Assembly: GCA_009923345.1 (NCBI GenBank)
Contig: RFTR01000001.1
Location: 1-41,567, forward strand
Length of the DNA: 41,567 bases
DNA from: Betaproteobacteria bacterium
GTDB taxonomy: Bacteria; Pseudomonadota; Gammaproteobacteria; Burkholderiales; Burkholderiaceae_C
Direction: 5' to 3'
The position numbers were made by a program, and so were the translations under genes. The notes beneath the pieces are model-generated. The model saw nothing but the letters and a program-made list of their open reading frames with translations. It was not told the DNA's origin and made no database searches. Positions 1 to 10,632 of this stretch are shown in pieces. How positions within the stretch are numbered: the first letter of the stretch is position 1; each line of letters starts with the position of its first letter.

Positions 1-331
1 TCTTAGCAGAGGCCACCACTTCTTCCTTTGGACTCAAGGCGGCATCTGTTGCCAATGGGGCTTGCTTGGTAGCTGAACTGGCAGACACCATAGGCTTGGT
101 TTTGATGCGATCAGGAATATCGACCGCGATGTCCACAGAGACTGGCCGAGGTTGGGTATCAAAAACCAAGGGGAATCCAACAACGCCGATGATGACCAAC
201 ACCGTGGCACCTATCAACCGATGGCGAGCGCGGCGACGTAAAACTTCTACGCTTTCAGCGGGCGAGTTGCTGAAGTTGCTGGCAGCGTCCCCAGCGGTTT
301 GTCCTGGTAGTCGAAACTTAAAAAAAGCCAT
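1..331 (-). CDS. dedD: DedD-like cell division protein, N-terminal part (runs off window)
   Basis: Not in ORF track. Manual translation from ATG 331: MAFFKFRLPGQ...LRRRARHRLIGATVLVIIGVVGFPLVFDTQPRPVSVDIAVDIP; RxRLIGA-TM signature of DedD, directly downstream of folC. Confidence 0.85.
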   Translation of the reverse strand, partial: MAFFKFRLPGQTAGDAASNFSNSPAESVEVLRRRARHRLIGATVLVIIGVVGFPLVFDTQPRPVSVDIAVDIPDRIKTKPMVSASSATKQAPLATDAALSPKEEVVASAK

Positions 332-342
332 GGATTGGGGTC

Positions 343-1641
343 TCAGGAACTCAAATGCGGGGCATCCAAACGGGGTATTCCGTCCTTTAAAACACCCCCG
401 ACCGTGTAGAACGATCCGAAGACGACGATTCTATCAGCGGGGTCTGCCGCAGCGACCGCCGCTTCAAACGCTTCTTTGGGGTCTTTAAAGACGCTGGATG
501 TGACGTTTTTTCTACTGTTGGTCAGCTGCCATTGCTTTTGCAATTCTTGTGCGCTGGAGGCGCGTGCAGTCGGCAAATCGCAGAAATACCACCGGTCTAC
601 CAAGATCCCTACCCGCGCCATGATGGCGGAGACATCTTTATCGGCCATCGCCCCAAACACAGCGTGGGTCGTGGGATAAAAGCCCATCGCGTCTAAGTTT
701 TCACTCAATGCGGCAACCGCATGCGGGTTATGTGCCACATCCAGAACCAAAGTTGGCTGGCCGGGAATGATTTGGAAGCGGCCGGGCAGTTCAACCATGG
801 CCAAACCGTTGCGGATAGCCTGCGCGGTCACAGGGAGGCGATCACGCACGGCCTCAAGTGCAGCTAGCACGCCGCTGGCATTGATTAACTGGTTGGCTCC
901 GCGAAGTGCCGGGTAAGCCAAACCGCTGTAACGACGCCCCCTGCCCGCCCAAGCCCACTGCTGCTTGTCGCCGGTGAAATTGAAGTCTTTGCCAAATTGC
1001 CAAAGATCTGCACCGATTGAGGCCGCATGCGCCAAAACGCTCTCAGGCGGAACTGGATCACTGACGACAACAGGTTTTCCCGAACGCATGATGCCGGCCT
1101 TTTCAAACCCAATGGACTCGCGGTCTGGCCCCAATAACTCGGTATGGTCCAAATCAATGCTGGTAATCAACGCGCAATCTGCATTGACGACGTTCACGGC
1201 ATCTAAGCGGCCACCTAAACCTACTTCCAAAATGGCGATGTCTAAATTCGCTTCCGCCATCAAACTCAAGATAGCCAAGGTGGTGAATTCAAAATAAGTC
1301 AGACTAATTTCAGAACCTTGGCAACGCGCATCCTCGACCTTCTTGAAGTGTGGCAACAAATCATCCGGCTGCACGGCTTCACCGTGGATACGGCAACGTT
1401 CTTGAAAATGCACCAAGTGCGGCGAGGTGTAAACCCCCGTGCGATAACCCGCTTGCAACAAACAAGCTTCCAACATGGCGCAAGTAGACCCTTTACCATT
1501 GGTGCCCGCCACAGTGATGACGCAGGCCTCGAAGCGCAAACCCAGTCGCTTAACGACTTCTTGCACCCGCTCTAAACCCATATCAATCGTATGGGGGTGC
1601 AAACGCTCGCAATGCGCGAGCCAACTATCCAGTGAATTCAT
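343..1641 (-). CDS. folC: Bifunctional folylpolyglutamate/dihydrofolate synthase
   Basis: VAGTNGKGST P-loop, YTSPHL, LEVGLGGRLDAVN, LDVAHNP, FGSFYTVG. ATG 1641 preferred over GTG 1659. Confidence 0.96.
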   Translation of the reverse strand: MNSLDSWLAHCERLHPHTIDMGLERVQEVVKRLGLRFEACVITVAGTNGKGSTCAMLEACLLQAGYRTGVYTSPHLVHFQERCRIHGEAVQPDDLLPHFKKVEDARCQGSEISLTYFEFTTLAILSLMAEANLDIAILEVGLGGRLDAVNVVNADCALITSIDLDHTELLGPDRESIGFEKAGIMRSGKPVVVSDPVPPESVLAHAASIGADLWQFGKDFNFTGDKQQWAWAGRGRRYSGLAYPALRGANQLINASGVLAALEAVRDRLPVTAQAIRNGLAMVELPGRFQIIPGQPTLVLDVAHNPHAVAALSENLDAMGFYPTTHAVFGAMADKDVSAIMARVGILVDRWYFCDLPTARASSAQELQKQWQLTNSRKNVTSSVFKDPKEAFEAAVAAADPADRIVVFGSFYTVGGVLKDGIPRLDAPHLSS

Positions 1642-1750
1642 AGATGAATTGTCACCCACGTCAACCTAATTTCTTGTGTAAGCGTTGATCACAAGCGCCC
1701 AACACACAAAGATTACACTCTATGTAATCAGTCAATTCCAAGGATTTGCT

Positions 1751-2290
1751 ATGAATAAGTATTCAACCAACAAGCTTTTAACTCTCGTTGCTTTGTGTTT
1801 CATTTGCCAATTTGGCAATGCCCAAGCACAAGAAGTCGGCAAAGTTATCTCTTCGACGCCTGTCATTCAACAAGTAGCCGTTCCTCGTCAAGTCTGCACC
1901 AACGAACAAGTCGTTGTGCAAGGGCAAAAATCAGGCGCGGGCGCTGCCATGGGCGCGATTGCCGGTGGCGCTGTTGGTAACAGCGTAGGTCAAGGTTCTG
2001 GTCGCGCTGCGGCCACCATGCTGGGGCTATTTGGTGGAGCCATCTTGGGCGAGAAAATTGAAGGCCCTGCCAACCCAGAAGTTCGCCATGTACAAAACTG
2101 CACCCAGCAAACCGTTTACGAAAACCGCACGATGGCCTATAACGTGGTCTATGAGTTTGCTGGCAAGCAATACTCCGTGCAAATGCCTTCAGACCCAGGC
2201 CCTACCGTGCGCTTGCAAATCACGCCAATGCCTAACCCTCCAGCGACCACATTCAACGTGCCGCCACCAGGATCTGCTCCACGTTTCTAA
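1751..2290 (+). CDS. Secreted glycine-zipper 2TM domain protein (YcfJ-like)
   Basis: Signal peptide, GAAMGAIAGGAVGNSVGQGSGRAAATMLGLFGGAILG glycine zipper, YNVVYEFAGKQY..MPSDPG tail; AAGGA SD before ATG 1751. Confidence 0.85.
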   Translation: MNKYSTNKLLTLVALCFICQFGNAQAQEVGKVISSTPVIQQVAVPRQVCTNEQVVVQGQKSGAGAAMGAIAGGAVGNSVGQGSGRAAATMLGLFGGAILGEKIEGPANPEVRHVQNCTQQTVYENRTMAYNVVYEFAGKQYSVQMPSDPGPTVRLQITPMPNPPATTFNVPPPGSAPRF

Positions 2291-2364
2291 TTTTTTTCTA
2301 ATTTCCGTTTTCCACTTCCGCTTTACTAGCTTTTGATTCGGTTTTCAAAAAATCGCCTTGTTCT

Positions 2365-2682
2365 ATGCCCACCCAAACCATCGATGGCGTGTCCATCCAC
2401 ACACAAGCCAATGTTTTCTTTGATGGCAAATGCATCAGCCACGCCATCACCAAGGCCAACGGCACCAAGCTCTCTGTGGGTGTCATCTTGCCCGCCACAT
2501 TGACTTTCAACACAGGCGCTCCCGAAGTGATGGAATGCGTAGCAGGCGCATGTGAATACAAGCTCGATGGCAGCCACGATTGGGTGAGCTCCAAAGTAGG
2601 TGAAAAATTTAGCGTGCCAGGTAACTCCAAATTTGATATTCGCGTCACTGCGCCTTATCACTATATTTGTCACTTCGGCTAA
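2365..2682 (+). CDS. ppnP: Pyrimidine/purine nucleoside phosphorylase
   Basis: ANVFFDGKCIS, SVGVILP, FNTGAPEVME, FSVPGNSKF, YICHFG; 105 aa cupin-like. Confidence 0.92.
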   Translation: MPTQTIDGVSIHTQANVFFDGKCISHAITKANGTKLSVGVILPATLTFNTGAPEVMECVAGACEYKLDGSHDWVSSKVGEKFSVPGNSKFDIRVTAPYHYICHFG

Positions 2683-2692
2683 GCCGCGTTAG

Positions 2693-4042
<1,350 letters not shown>

Positions 4043-4079
4043 CTTTTTTCTTTGGCCTTGGGAGTTGTAATTCGGGATA

Positions 4080-4363
4080 GTTGGCGATGCAAATGCTGGG
4101 TGGCATGCACTGCGCCGCTCATGTCCTCCGGCTTCGGCAAGCCGAAGCCTCCCCCTTTACTTCGCTCTGCAGCACATACCACCCAGCATTTGCGCGAAAT
4201 TTTTTAGAGCGCCACTTAGTTGAACTCCACTTTGTTCGCTGGCGTCAGCTCGGCGGCGCACGATGCGTAGCGAAGTAAAGGGGGAGGATTTGGCCTTCGG
4301 CCAAATCCGGAGGACATGAGCGGAGCATCGTGTGCCGTCGGGCTGACGCCTCGCTACAAAAGC
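4080..4363. repeat. Composite palindromic intergenic element (two inverted stem-loop units, REP/REPIN-like or structured RNA)
   Basis: Unit A 4089-4193 (arms 4089-4113/4169-4193) and unit B 4241-4350 (arms 4241-4266/4325-4350) share AGCGAAGTAAAGGGGGAGG and CCGGAGGACATGAGCGG in opposite orientation; lies between convergent argG and murB. Confidence 0.9.
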
Positions 4364-4369
4364 AAGAAA

Positions 4370-5434
4370 CTAAACCACAACAGGCTCAGGCTCCAACAAA
4401 ATCCCAAACCGCTCATACACACTGGTCTGAATCGCCTTAGCCAGCGTCATCACCTCACCCCCAGTGCAAGGGTTCTCACGCCCACCTTTGTTCACCAAGA
4501 CCAGCGCCTGCTTCTCATACACAGCGGCATTGCCGACAGACTTGCCTTTCCAACCACAGGCGTCGATCAACCAACCAGCGGCGAGTTTGATACGACCATC
4601 GTCTAACAGGTAATGCACCACCTTAGGATCTCTGGCAATGATGTCTGCACACTGCTCTGGTGTGACGGTCGGATTTTTGAAAAAACTTCCCGCATTTCCA
4701 ATGACGGCTGGATCTGGCAATTTGGCGCGCCGGATGGCGCAGACCCATTCAAAAATTTGCTGTGCGGTAGGTTGGCGTATACCCGTCTCAGCCATCTTTT
4801 TTTCTAGATCTAGATAACCAAGTACCGGCTTCCAGGCTTTGGCGAGCCGAAACCGTACGCGGGTAATCAATGCGCGTCCCGCTAACCCCATGCTGCGCGA
4901 AGCCCCAACAGTTTGACCAGGTCCGTGTTTGAAGATCGAGTCGCGGTAACCAAAAGCGCATTGCGCAGCGTCTAGGGTGAAGGTATTTCCAGTCGCGAGG
5001 TCAATCGCATCTAGAGCGTCGAAGCGGTCTTGTAATTCGACGCCGTAGGCGCCAATGTTTTGTACGGGTGAGGCGCCAACGCTGCCAGGGATCAATGCCA
5101 TGTTTTCCAAACCCGGCCAGCTGTTGTCTAAGGTCCATTGCACAAAGTCATGCCAATCCTCGCCCGCCGCGGCTTCGACAACCCACGCCTTTTCGGATTC
5201 CTCCACCAATCGCATACCTTTGAGCTCAACCTTGAGAACCAAAGCTTTGAGGTCGCCAGTCAGCACGATATTGCTGCCGCCACCAAGCACAAATTTCTGG
5301 GTATCGCGCAATTGCGGGTCGGCTAACAGGGCCCCAATATCGGACTCCGACTGCACACGCACCAATTGCAAAGCCTTGGCAGATATACCAAAAGTGTTAT
5401 GCGCTTGCAGGGGTACGTTTCGCTCAACTAACAT
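4370..5434 (-). CDS. murB: UDP-N-acetylenolpyruvoylglucosamine reductase
   Basis: [55 protein letters not shown]. Confidence 0.97.
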   Translation of the reverse strand: MLVERNVPLQAHNTFGISAKALQLVRVQSESDIGALLADPQLRDTQKFVLGGGSNIVLTGDLKALVLKVELKGMRLVEESEKAWVVEAAAGEDWHDFVQWTLDNSWPGLENMALIPGSVGASPVQNIGAYGVELQDRFDALDAIDLATGNTFTLDAAQCAFGYRDSIFKHGPGQTVGASRSMGLAGRALITRVRFRLAKAWKPVLGYLDLEKKMAETGIRQPTAQQIFEWVCAIRRAKLPDPAVIGNAGSFFKNPTVTPEQCADIIARDPKVVHYLLDDGRIKLAAGWLIDACGWKGKSVGNAAVYEKQALVLVNKGGRENPCTGGEVMTLAKAIQTSVYERFGILLEPEPVVV

Positions 5435-5453
5435 AGCAAGATTGTCTCACCCT

Positions 5454-5849
5454 GACTTCAAAGGCACCTCCGCTGGGGTCGAGCTCAAAGACAAAGAAAT
5501 CACTTTGTTTGGCGACTCTGACTTTCAGCTCACGCAAGTAGAGGATGTTTTGCGCAATAAATTGACGAAGCGCGAAGTCGACATCCGCTTTCTAGACAAA
5601 GGCGATGTCCAAAAAATCGGCGGCGACAAGGTCAAGCAGGTCATCAAAGTGCGTAATGGGATTGAGACCGAGGTCTCAAAAAAAATCCAACGCCTGATCA
5701 AAGACAGCAAGATCAAAGTGCAAGCTGCTATTCAAGGTGATGCGGTTCGTGTCAGCGGTGCTAAACGCGATGACTTGCAGGCAGCTATGGCTTTAATCCG
5801 CAAAGAGATCGCCGATTTGCCTTTGTCGTTTAACAACTTTCGCGATTAA
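5454..5849 (+). pseudogene. yajQ: YajQ family nucleotide/c-di-GMP-binding protein lacking its N-terminus
   Basis: [18 protein letters not shown]...[22 protein letters not shown]...FNNFRD is YajQ, but the usual MPSFD...TRF start is absent; only an in-frame TTG at 5442 lies between it and murB. Confidence 0.8.
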
Positions 5850-5866
5850 CCTCTGCTCTGATACTG

Positions 5867-5987
5867 GTTGGCGATGCAAATGCTGGGTGGCATGCACTGC
5901 GCCGCTCATGTCCTCCGGCTTCGGCCAAATCCGGAGGACATGAGCGGAGCATCGTGTGCCGTCGGGCTGACGCCACACTACAAAAGC
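5867..5987. repeat. Collapsed second copy of the 4080-4363 element
   Basis: 5867-5974 equals 4080-4138 joined to 4302-4350; junction at shared CTTCGGC; followed by the same CTACAAAAGC tail; between convergent yajQ and plsY. Confidence 0.92.
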
Positions 5988-6016
5988 CAAAAACGCCACC
6001 ACAAAAGCAGCAAACA

Positions 6017-6655
6017 CTAAGCCTGGGACTTCTTCTCACCAATCTTGCTCTCTTGCCCCAACACCAAGCGGGTGATGTTGTCCTGATGACGCATGAGTAG
6101 CAATCCACTGATAGCAATCAAGGCCATCAGTTGCGGTTCACCTGTAATCCAAGCCACTTGGTTGCCAAAGAGGTAATACAAAGGCGCAAACAACGAGGCA
6201 GCAATGGCAGCCAATGAGGAATACCGGAAAAAATAGGCCACGATGCCCCAAGTAGCCAAAGTAGCAAACCCAAGAACGGGCTCAATACCAAATATGACAC
6301 CGGCTGCCGTCGCAACACCTTTGCCGCCTCTAAAGCCAAAAAACACTGGCCATAAGTGCCCGATAAACGCTGAAATCGCCACCAACGCCAACGCCCGCTC
6401 GTCCCAGCCAAAGGAAGAACCGAGAAGTTTGACAAGCAGCACGGGAACATATCCTTTGAGCGCATCCAAGGCCAAGGTGTAAATAGCGGCTTGGCGATTG
6501 CCCGAGCGCAGCACATTGGTGGCGCCTGGGTTTTGGCTGCCGTAGGTACGCGGGTCGTCGAGTCCCATGACTCGGCTGACGATCACAGCGAAAGACAAGG
6601 ATCCCACCAGGTAGGCTCCGAAAACCAAGAGTAATAAAGAGTTCGAGTCAGTCAT
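6017..6655 (-). CDS. plsY: Glycerol-3-phosphate acyltransferase
   Basis: AYLVGSLSF, DPRTYGSQNPGATNVLR, GHLWPVFFGFRGGKGVAT, RHQDNITRL..GQE. Confidence 0.96.
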   Translation of the reverse strand: MTDSNSLLLLVFGAYLVGSLSFAVIVSRVMGLDDPRTYGSQNPGATNVLRSGNRQAAIYTLALDALKGYVPVLLVKLLGSSFGWDERALALVAISAFIGHLWPVFFGFRGGKGVATAAGVIFGIEPVLGFATLATWGIVAYFFRYSSLAAIAASLFAPLYYLFGNQVAWITGEPQLMALIAISGLLLMRHQDNITRLVLGQESKIGEKKSQA

Positions 6656-6703
6656 GTTTGGCAATCGAGATTTGCGTTGTTAGTTCGACCCGCAAAACGC
6701 ACA

Positions 6704-7780
6704 TCACAACGCGGGATCGCGCATGTCCCAACGGATGGCGTCTATAGCCGTCAAAACTTCAGGTGACAAAGTCTTGCCCCACACATCCAAATCGGTATCA
6801 AGTTGCGCGACCGACGTCACACCAATGATGGTGCTTGCGACTTGCCACTTGGTGTAACAAAACGCCAAGGCCATTTCAGTGGGTGTCATGCCGTTTTCGC
6901 GGGCCAAGGCGTTGTAGCGGCGCGCTGCTACCAAAGCCTCAGGTCGGCCCCAGCGTTGCTTTTGAACCGATTCATAGATCGACAGACGTCCGCCGTCTTT
7001 TCCTTTTGGTGCATGGGGTCCCGTCACGCCGCCGGCATCGTATTTACCAGTCAGCAAGCCAAAGGCCAGTGGCGAGTAAGCCAACAACGACACATTTAAA
7101 CGGTGGCAGGTTTCATCTAAGGCGTTTTCAAAAGTACGGTTGAGCAGGCAGTAAGGGTTTTGAATGGTGTGCGCACGGGGTAAGCCATGTTGATCCGCTA
7201 AGCGGATAAATTCGTGCACCCCGTAAGGGGTTTCATTCGATAGACCGATATGGCGGACTTTTCCAGTTTTTACCAACTTGGATAAAGCCTCCAACTGCTC
7301 ATGGATAGACGTAGCGCTATTGTCTTTAGTAGGGTCGAAATAAACGATGCCAAAAGCAGGCACATGGCGCTCGGGCCAGTGGATTTGGTAGAGGTCGATT
7401 ACATCGGTTTGGAGGCGTTTGAGACTGGCATCGCAGGAATTCAAAATATCTTGTGCGGTCATGCCACCCCCTTCGCGCACCCAAGGCATGCCGCGTGAGG
7501 GGCCTGCCACTTTGGTTGCCAGCACGAGTTTTTGCCGCACACTGGGGTGTTTGGCAAACCAGTTACCCAAAATGGTTTCGGTCGAACCACAGGTCTCAGC
7601 TTTGGCAGGGACTGAATACATCTCAGCCGTGTCTATGAAATTCACGCCACGCTCTAGAGACCGATCGAGAATCGCATGCGAATCGGCTTCACTGACCTGC
7701 TCACCAAAAGTCATCGTGCCCAAACAAATCGGGGTGACGCGCAATTCACTGTTGCCCAGTGGAACGAGGGGTAAAGACAT
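6704..7780 (-). CDS. tas: NADP(H)-dependent aldo/keto reductase (Tas-like)
   Basis: ICLGTMTFGEQ, FIDTAEMY, IDLYQIHWPER, IGLSNET, LLAYSPLAFG; GGAG SD. Confidence 0.88.
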   Translation of the reverse strand: MSLPLVPLGNSELRVTPICLGTMTFGEQVSEADSHAILDRSLERGVNFIDTAEMYSVPAKAETCGSTETILGNWFAKHPSVRQKLVLATKVAGPSRGMPWVREGGGMTAQDILNSCDASLKRLQTDVIDLYQIHWPERHVPAFGIVYFDPTKDNSATSIHEQLEALSKLVKTGKVRHIGLSNETPYGVHEFIRLADQHGLPRAHTIQNPYCLLNRTFENALDETCHRLNVSLLAYSPLAFGLLTGKYDAGGVTGPHAPKGKDGGRLSIYESVQKQRWGRPEALVAARRYNALARENGMTPTEMALAFCYTKWQVASTIIGVTSVAQLDTDLDVWGKTLSPEVLTAIDAIRWDMRDPAL

Positions 7781-7820
7781 TGCTACAACTCCAAGAATCG
7801 GTTTTTCAAAGCGGGTAAGT

Positions 7821-9641
7821 CTAATCCCTTGCTCTAGGAGCGGCTCTTTCCTCTTCTTGGAGGCGGAGTACCCGTCTCTGCACTTTGCCTGTCGTGGTCA
7901 TGGGCAACTCAGCGATAAATTCAATCTCTTTGGGGTATTCATACGGCGCCAGCTTGCCGCGCACGTGGGTTTGCAGCTCAGCGATGAGGGCTTCACTGGC
8001 TTGAAAACCTGGCGCTAATACTACATAGGCTTTGACCAAAGCTCCGCGCTCTGAGTCAGGCTTTGGCACCACGGCCGCATTGGCAACGGCGGGGTGTTTG
8101 ACCAAACAGTTTTCTACTTCACTCGGACCAATGCGGTACCCAGCTGCTTTGAACACATCGTCGGCGCGGCCTTGGTACCAAAGGTATCCATCTTTATCGC
8201 GTACGGCCAAGTCGCCTGTCCGACACCAGTCGCCCGTGAACTTGCCCTGCGTGGAGCGCAGGTTTTTCCAGTAGCCCAAAAAGAAAATAGGGTCTGGCTC
8301 GCCATGCTGGTTAAAGCGGTGCAAAGCCACATCTCCGGGCACTCCATCAGGGCACTCATTGCCGTCTTCGTCGATCACCGCCACGCGGTGGCCTGGGTAG
8401 CCTTTGCCCATGCTGCCGGGCTTGGCGGGCCAACCGGCGTTATGGCGATGGGCGACAGGTGTTTGTCCAGCGCCGCCCGCCCACTCCATCGCGCAATTAC
8501 CCACGATGTAATTGATTTCGGTTTGGCCAAACATTTCGTTGACCGTCACGCCCAACTGCTTTTGGCAATAAGCAAATACGGCATCGCCTACTGCCTCGCC
8601 CGCACTCATCATGGCTTGGAGTTGGAGTTTGAATTGGCTACGCGGCGTGGGGTACGCCTTCATCATCGCTTTCAAAGCCGTAGGAAATAAGAAGGTGTGC
8701 GTCACCTGATGCGCCTGCATCAAACGAAACGCCAACTCCGGGCTAAAGCGCCCGTTGTAAGCCACGATGGGTCGGCCAAAGTACAACGTGGGTAGTAATG
8801 CGTCCATCAGCCCACCTGTCCAAGCCCAATCGGCTGGAGACCAAAAAACACTAGGAAACTTACTGGTCGGCAATTGCTGCGAATTGACCTTAACGGTTGG
8901 CGAAAAACCAAACCAGTTTTGACTACACACAAACCCCGTTAAATTTCCAATCAAGGCACGATGCGGAATCAGCGCACCCTTAGGAGGGCCAGTGGTTCCG
9001 CTGGTGTAAATCAAGACTGCAGCATCGTCCGCTTGGGTGTTGACGAGAATTTTTGATTTCTTATTACTAGTGTCACTCGCAGACGCTTTACCTTTATGCG
9101 CAACATAACGCCCACCGGTATCTTGGATTTGCAAGGCATCCAAGCGAACCACTTCACGCAAAGCGATGCACTCACCTTTCACCTGCAACACCTGTTCCAT
9201 CGAAGCCCCGTCAACCAAAGCTACCACCGCTTCGCTGTCGTTCAGGCGATATGACAATGCATCCGGTCCAAACAGCAAGGACAAAGGCATCGCTACGGCA
9301 CCCATTTGCATCACCGCGATATAGGCCACGGCTGTCTCAAAGCGTTGCGGCAACACAATGGCCACCCGATCGCCCTTTTGCACACCCATGGCTTGCAAAC
9401 GCAAGCTCAAAGCATCTGCGGCCTGTTGCAATTGCGCGAAGCTGTATGTGCGGTGCGCACCACCTGCATGGTGTTCGATGATGGCTGTGCGTTGTGCGGT
9501 GTCAGATTGCGCCGCCCATCGTTGGCTACAGACCTGCGCCATATTGAAATTAGCAGGCACCGACCAACCAAAGCTTTGCTGCATGGCAGCATAAAAATCG
9601 CCCGTCGCGCGGGCGTTGTCATGTTTTTGACGCGAAGACAT
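7821..9641 (-). CDS. AMP-binding acyl-CoA synthetase
   Basis: YTSGTTGPPKG, SPADWAWTGG, EMFGQTE, RTGDL, GYRIGPSEVE, LPMTTTGKVQR. Confidence 0.93.
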   Translation of the reverse strand: MSSRQKHDNARATGDFYAAMQQSFGWSVPANFNMAQVCSQRWAAQSDTAQRTAIIEHHAGGAHRTYSFAQLQQAADALSLRLQAMGVQKGDRVAIVLPQRFETAVAYIAVMQMGAVAMPLSLLFGPDALSYRLNDSEAVVALVDGASMEQVLQVKGECIALREVVRLDALQIQDTGGRYVAHKGKASASDTSNKKSKILVNTQADDAAVLIYTSGTTGPPKGALIPHRALIGNLTGFVCSQNWFGFSPTVKVNSQQLPTSKFPSVFWSPADWAWTGGLMDALLPTLYFGRPIVAYNGRFSPELAFRLMQAHQVTHTFLFPTALKAMMKAYPTPRSQFKLQLQAMMSAGEAVGDAVFAYCQKQLGVTVNEMFGQTEINYIVGNCAMEWAGGAGQTPVAHRHNAGWPAKPGSMGKGYPGHRVAVIDEDGNECPDGVPGDVALHRFNQHGEPDPIFFLGYWKNLRSTQGKFTGDWCRTGDLAVRDKDGYLWYQGRADDVFKAAGYRIGPSEVENCLVKHPAVANAAVVPKPDSERGALVKAYVVLAPGFQASEALIAELQTHVRGKLAPYEYPKEIEFIAELPMTTTGKVQRRVLRLQEEERAAPRARD

Positions 9642-9666
9642 TTCTAGGGTCCTTATGATTCAAACA

Positions 9667-10569
9667 ATGTACCCAATTCAAAAAGAATCGCGTAGCGAGT
9701 TTGTACCGATACGCCAACTGAAATACCACGTCCGCCAGTGGGGCACGCCTGATAACAACACGCCGCCCCTAGTCATGGTCCATGGCTGGATGGACGTCTC
9801 CGCATCGTTTCAGTTTGTCGTCGACGCCCTGGTTCAAGACCGTTGGGTCATCGCCCCCGACTGGCGCGGGTTTGGGCTTACCGAAACGCCTCACCAAGAC
9901 AACTACTGGTTTCCAGATTACCTCGCTGACCTAGATTTCTTGCTTGACCACTATGTGGGCGACCGCAGCATCCACTTGATCGGCCACAGCATGGGCGGCC
10001 ATGTCGCCACTTTGTATGCAGGCGTGCGCCCCGAACGCGTTGCCAAACTGATCAACTTAGAGGGCTTTGGCATGGCCGCTACCCGCCCAGCCCAAGCCGC
10101 AGGGCGCTATGCGAAATGGATAGACGAGCTCAAAACCATGCACAAAGGCGAGCTAGACCTCAAAACCTATGCTGACTTAGAGGGCGTCGCCAAACGCCTC
10201 ATGAAAACCAATCCACGCCTCAGCAGCGACAAAGCCCATTGGTTAGCCAGCCATTGGGCGAAACCCAACGCGGCGGGAGAGTGGCGGATCTTGGGCCATG
10301 CCGCACATAAAGTGATCAACGCGCAGTTGTTCAAAATGGACGAAGTACTGGGCATCTATGAGCGCATCACCGCCCCCACCCTGTTCGCCATGGCCGATAC
10401 CGACAGCCTGACGCAGTGGTGGAAAGACAAGTACACCTTGGATGAATTCAAGCAACGCATTGCATCGGTCCCCGACCTGCGCCACGCCGTCATCGAAGAC
10501 GCAGGCCATATGCTGCACCACGATCAGCCCGAAAAACTGGCCCGTCTGATCGAAGAATTCCTCGCCTGA
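9667..10569 (+). CDS. Alpha/beta fold hydrolase
   Basis: HGWMD oxyanion motif, APDWRGFG, GHSMGG nucleophile elbow, AGHMLHHDQP. Confidence 0.92.
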   Translation: MYPIQKESRSEFVPIRQLKYHVRQWGTPDNNTPPLVMVHGWMDVSASFQFVVDALVQDRWVIAPDWRGFGLTETPHQDNYWFPDYLADLDFLLDHYVGDRSIHLIGHSMGGHVATLYAGVRPERVAKLINLEGFGMAATRPAQAAGRYAKWIDELKTMHKGELDLKTYADLEGVAKRLMKTNPRLSSDKAHWLASHWAKPNAAGEWRILGHAAHKVINAQLFKMDEVLGIYERITAPTLFAMADTDSLTQWWKDKYTLDEFKQRIASVPDLRHAVIEDAGHMLHHDQPEKLARLIEEFLA

Positions 10570-10632
10570 GTAGCGTTACTGACGCGCGTGAGAAAATCAC
10601 AGTTTTTCCCCGTTACGTAAAGAAGAAGCACC

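Noticed and set aside
4081-4278. Short ORFs across the repeats (4081-4278, 3970-4182, 5793-6017) sharing PEDMSGAVHATQHLHRQ-type peptides
   Set aside because: Translations of the palindromic repeat, not genes.
4080-4363. CRISPR array or IS/MITE ends
   Set aside because: No regularly spaced direct repeats, no cas or transposase gene, and no clear target-site duplication or terminal inverted repeat spanning the whole element.
5055-5453. N-terminal half of the 264-aa ORF 5055-5849 as a novel YajQ fusion overlapping murB
   Set aside because: It is the antisense shadow of murB, open by chance after the yajQ 5' loss; no SD and no protein-like features.
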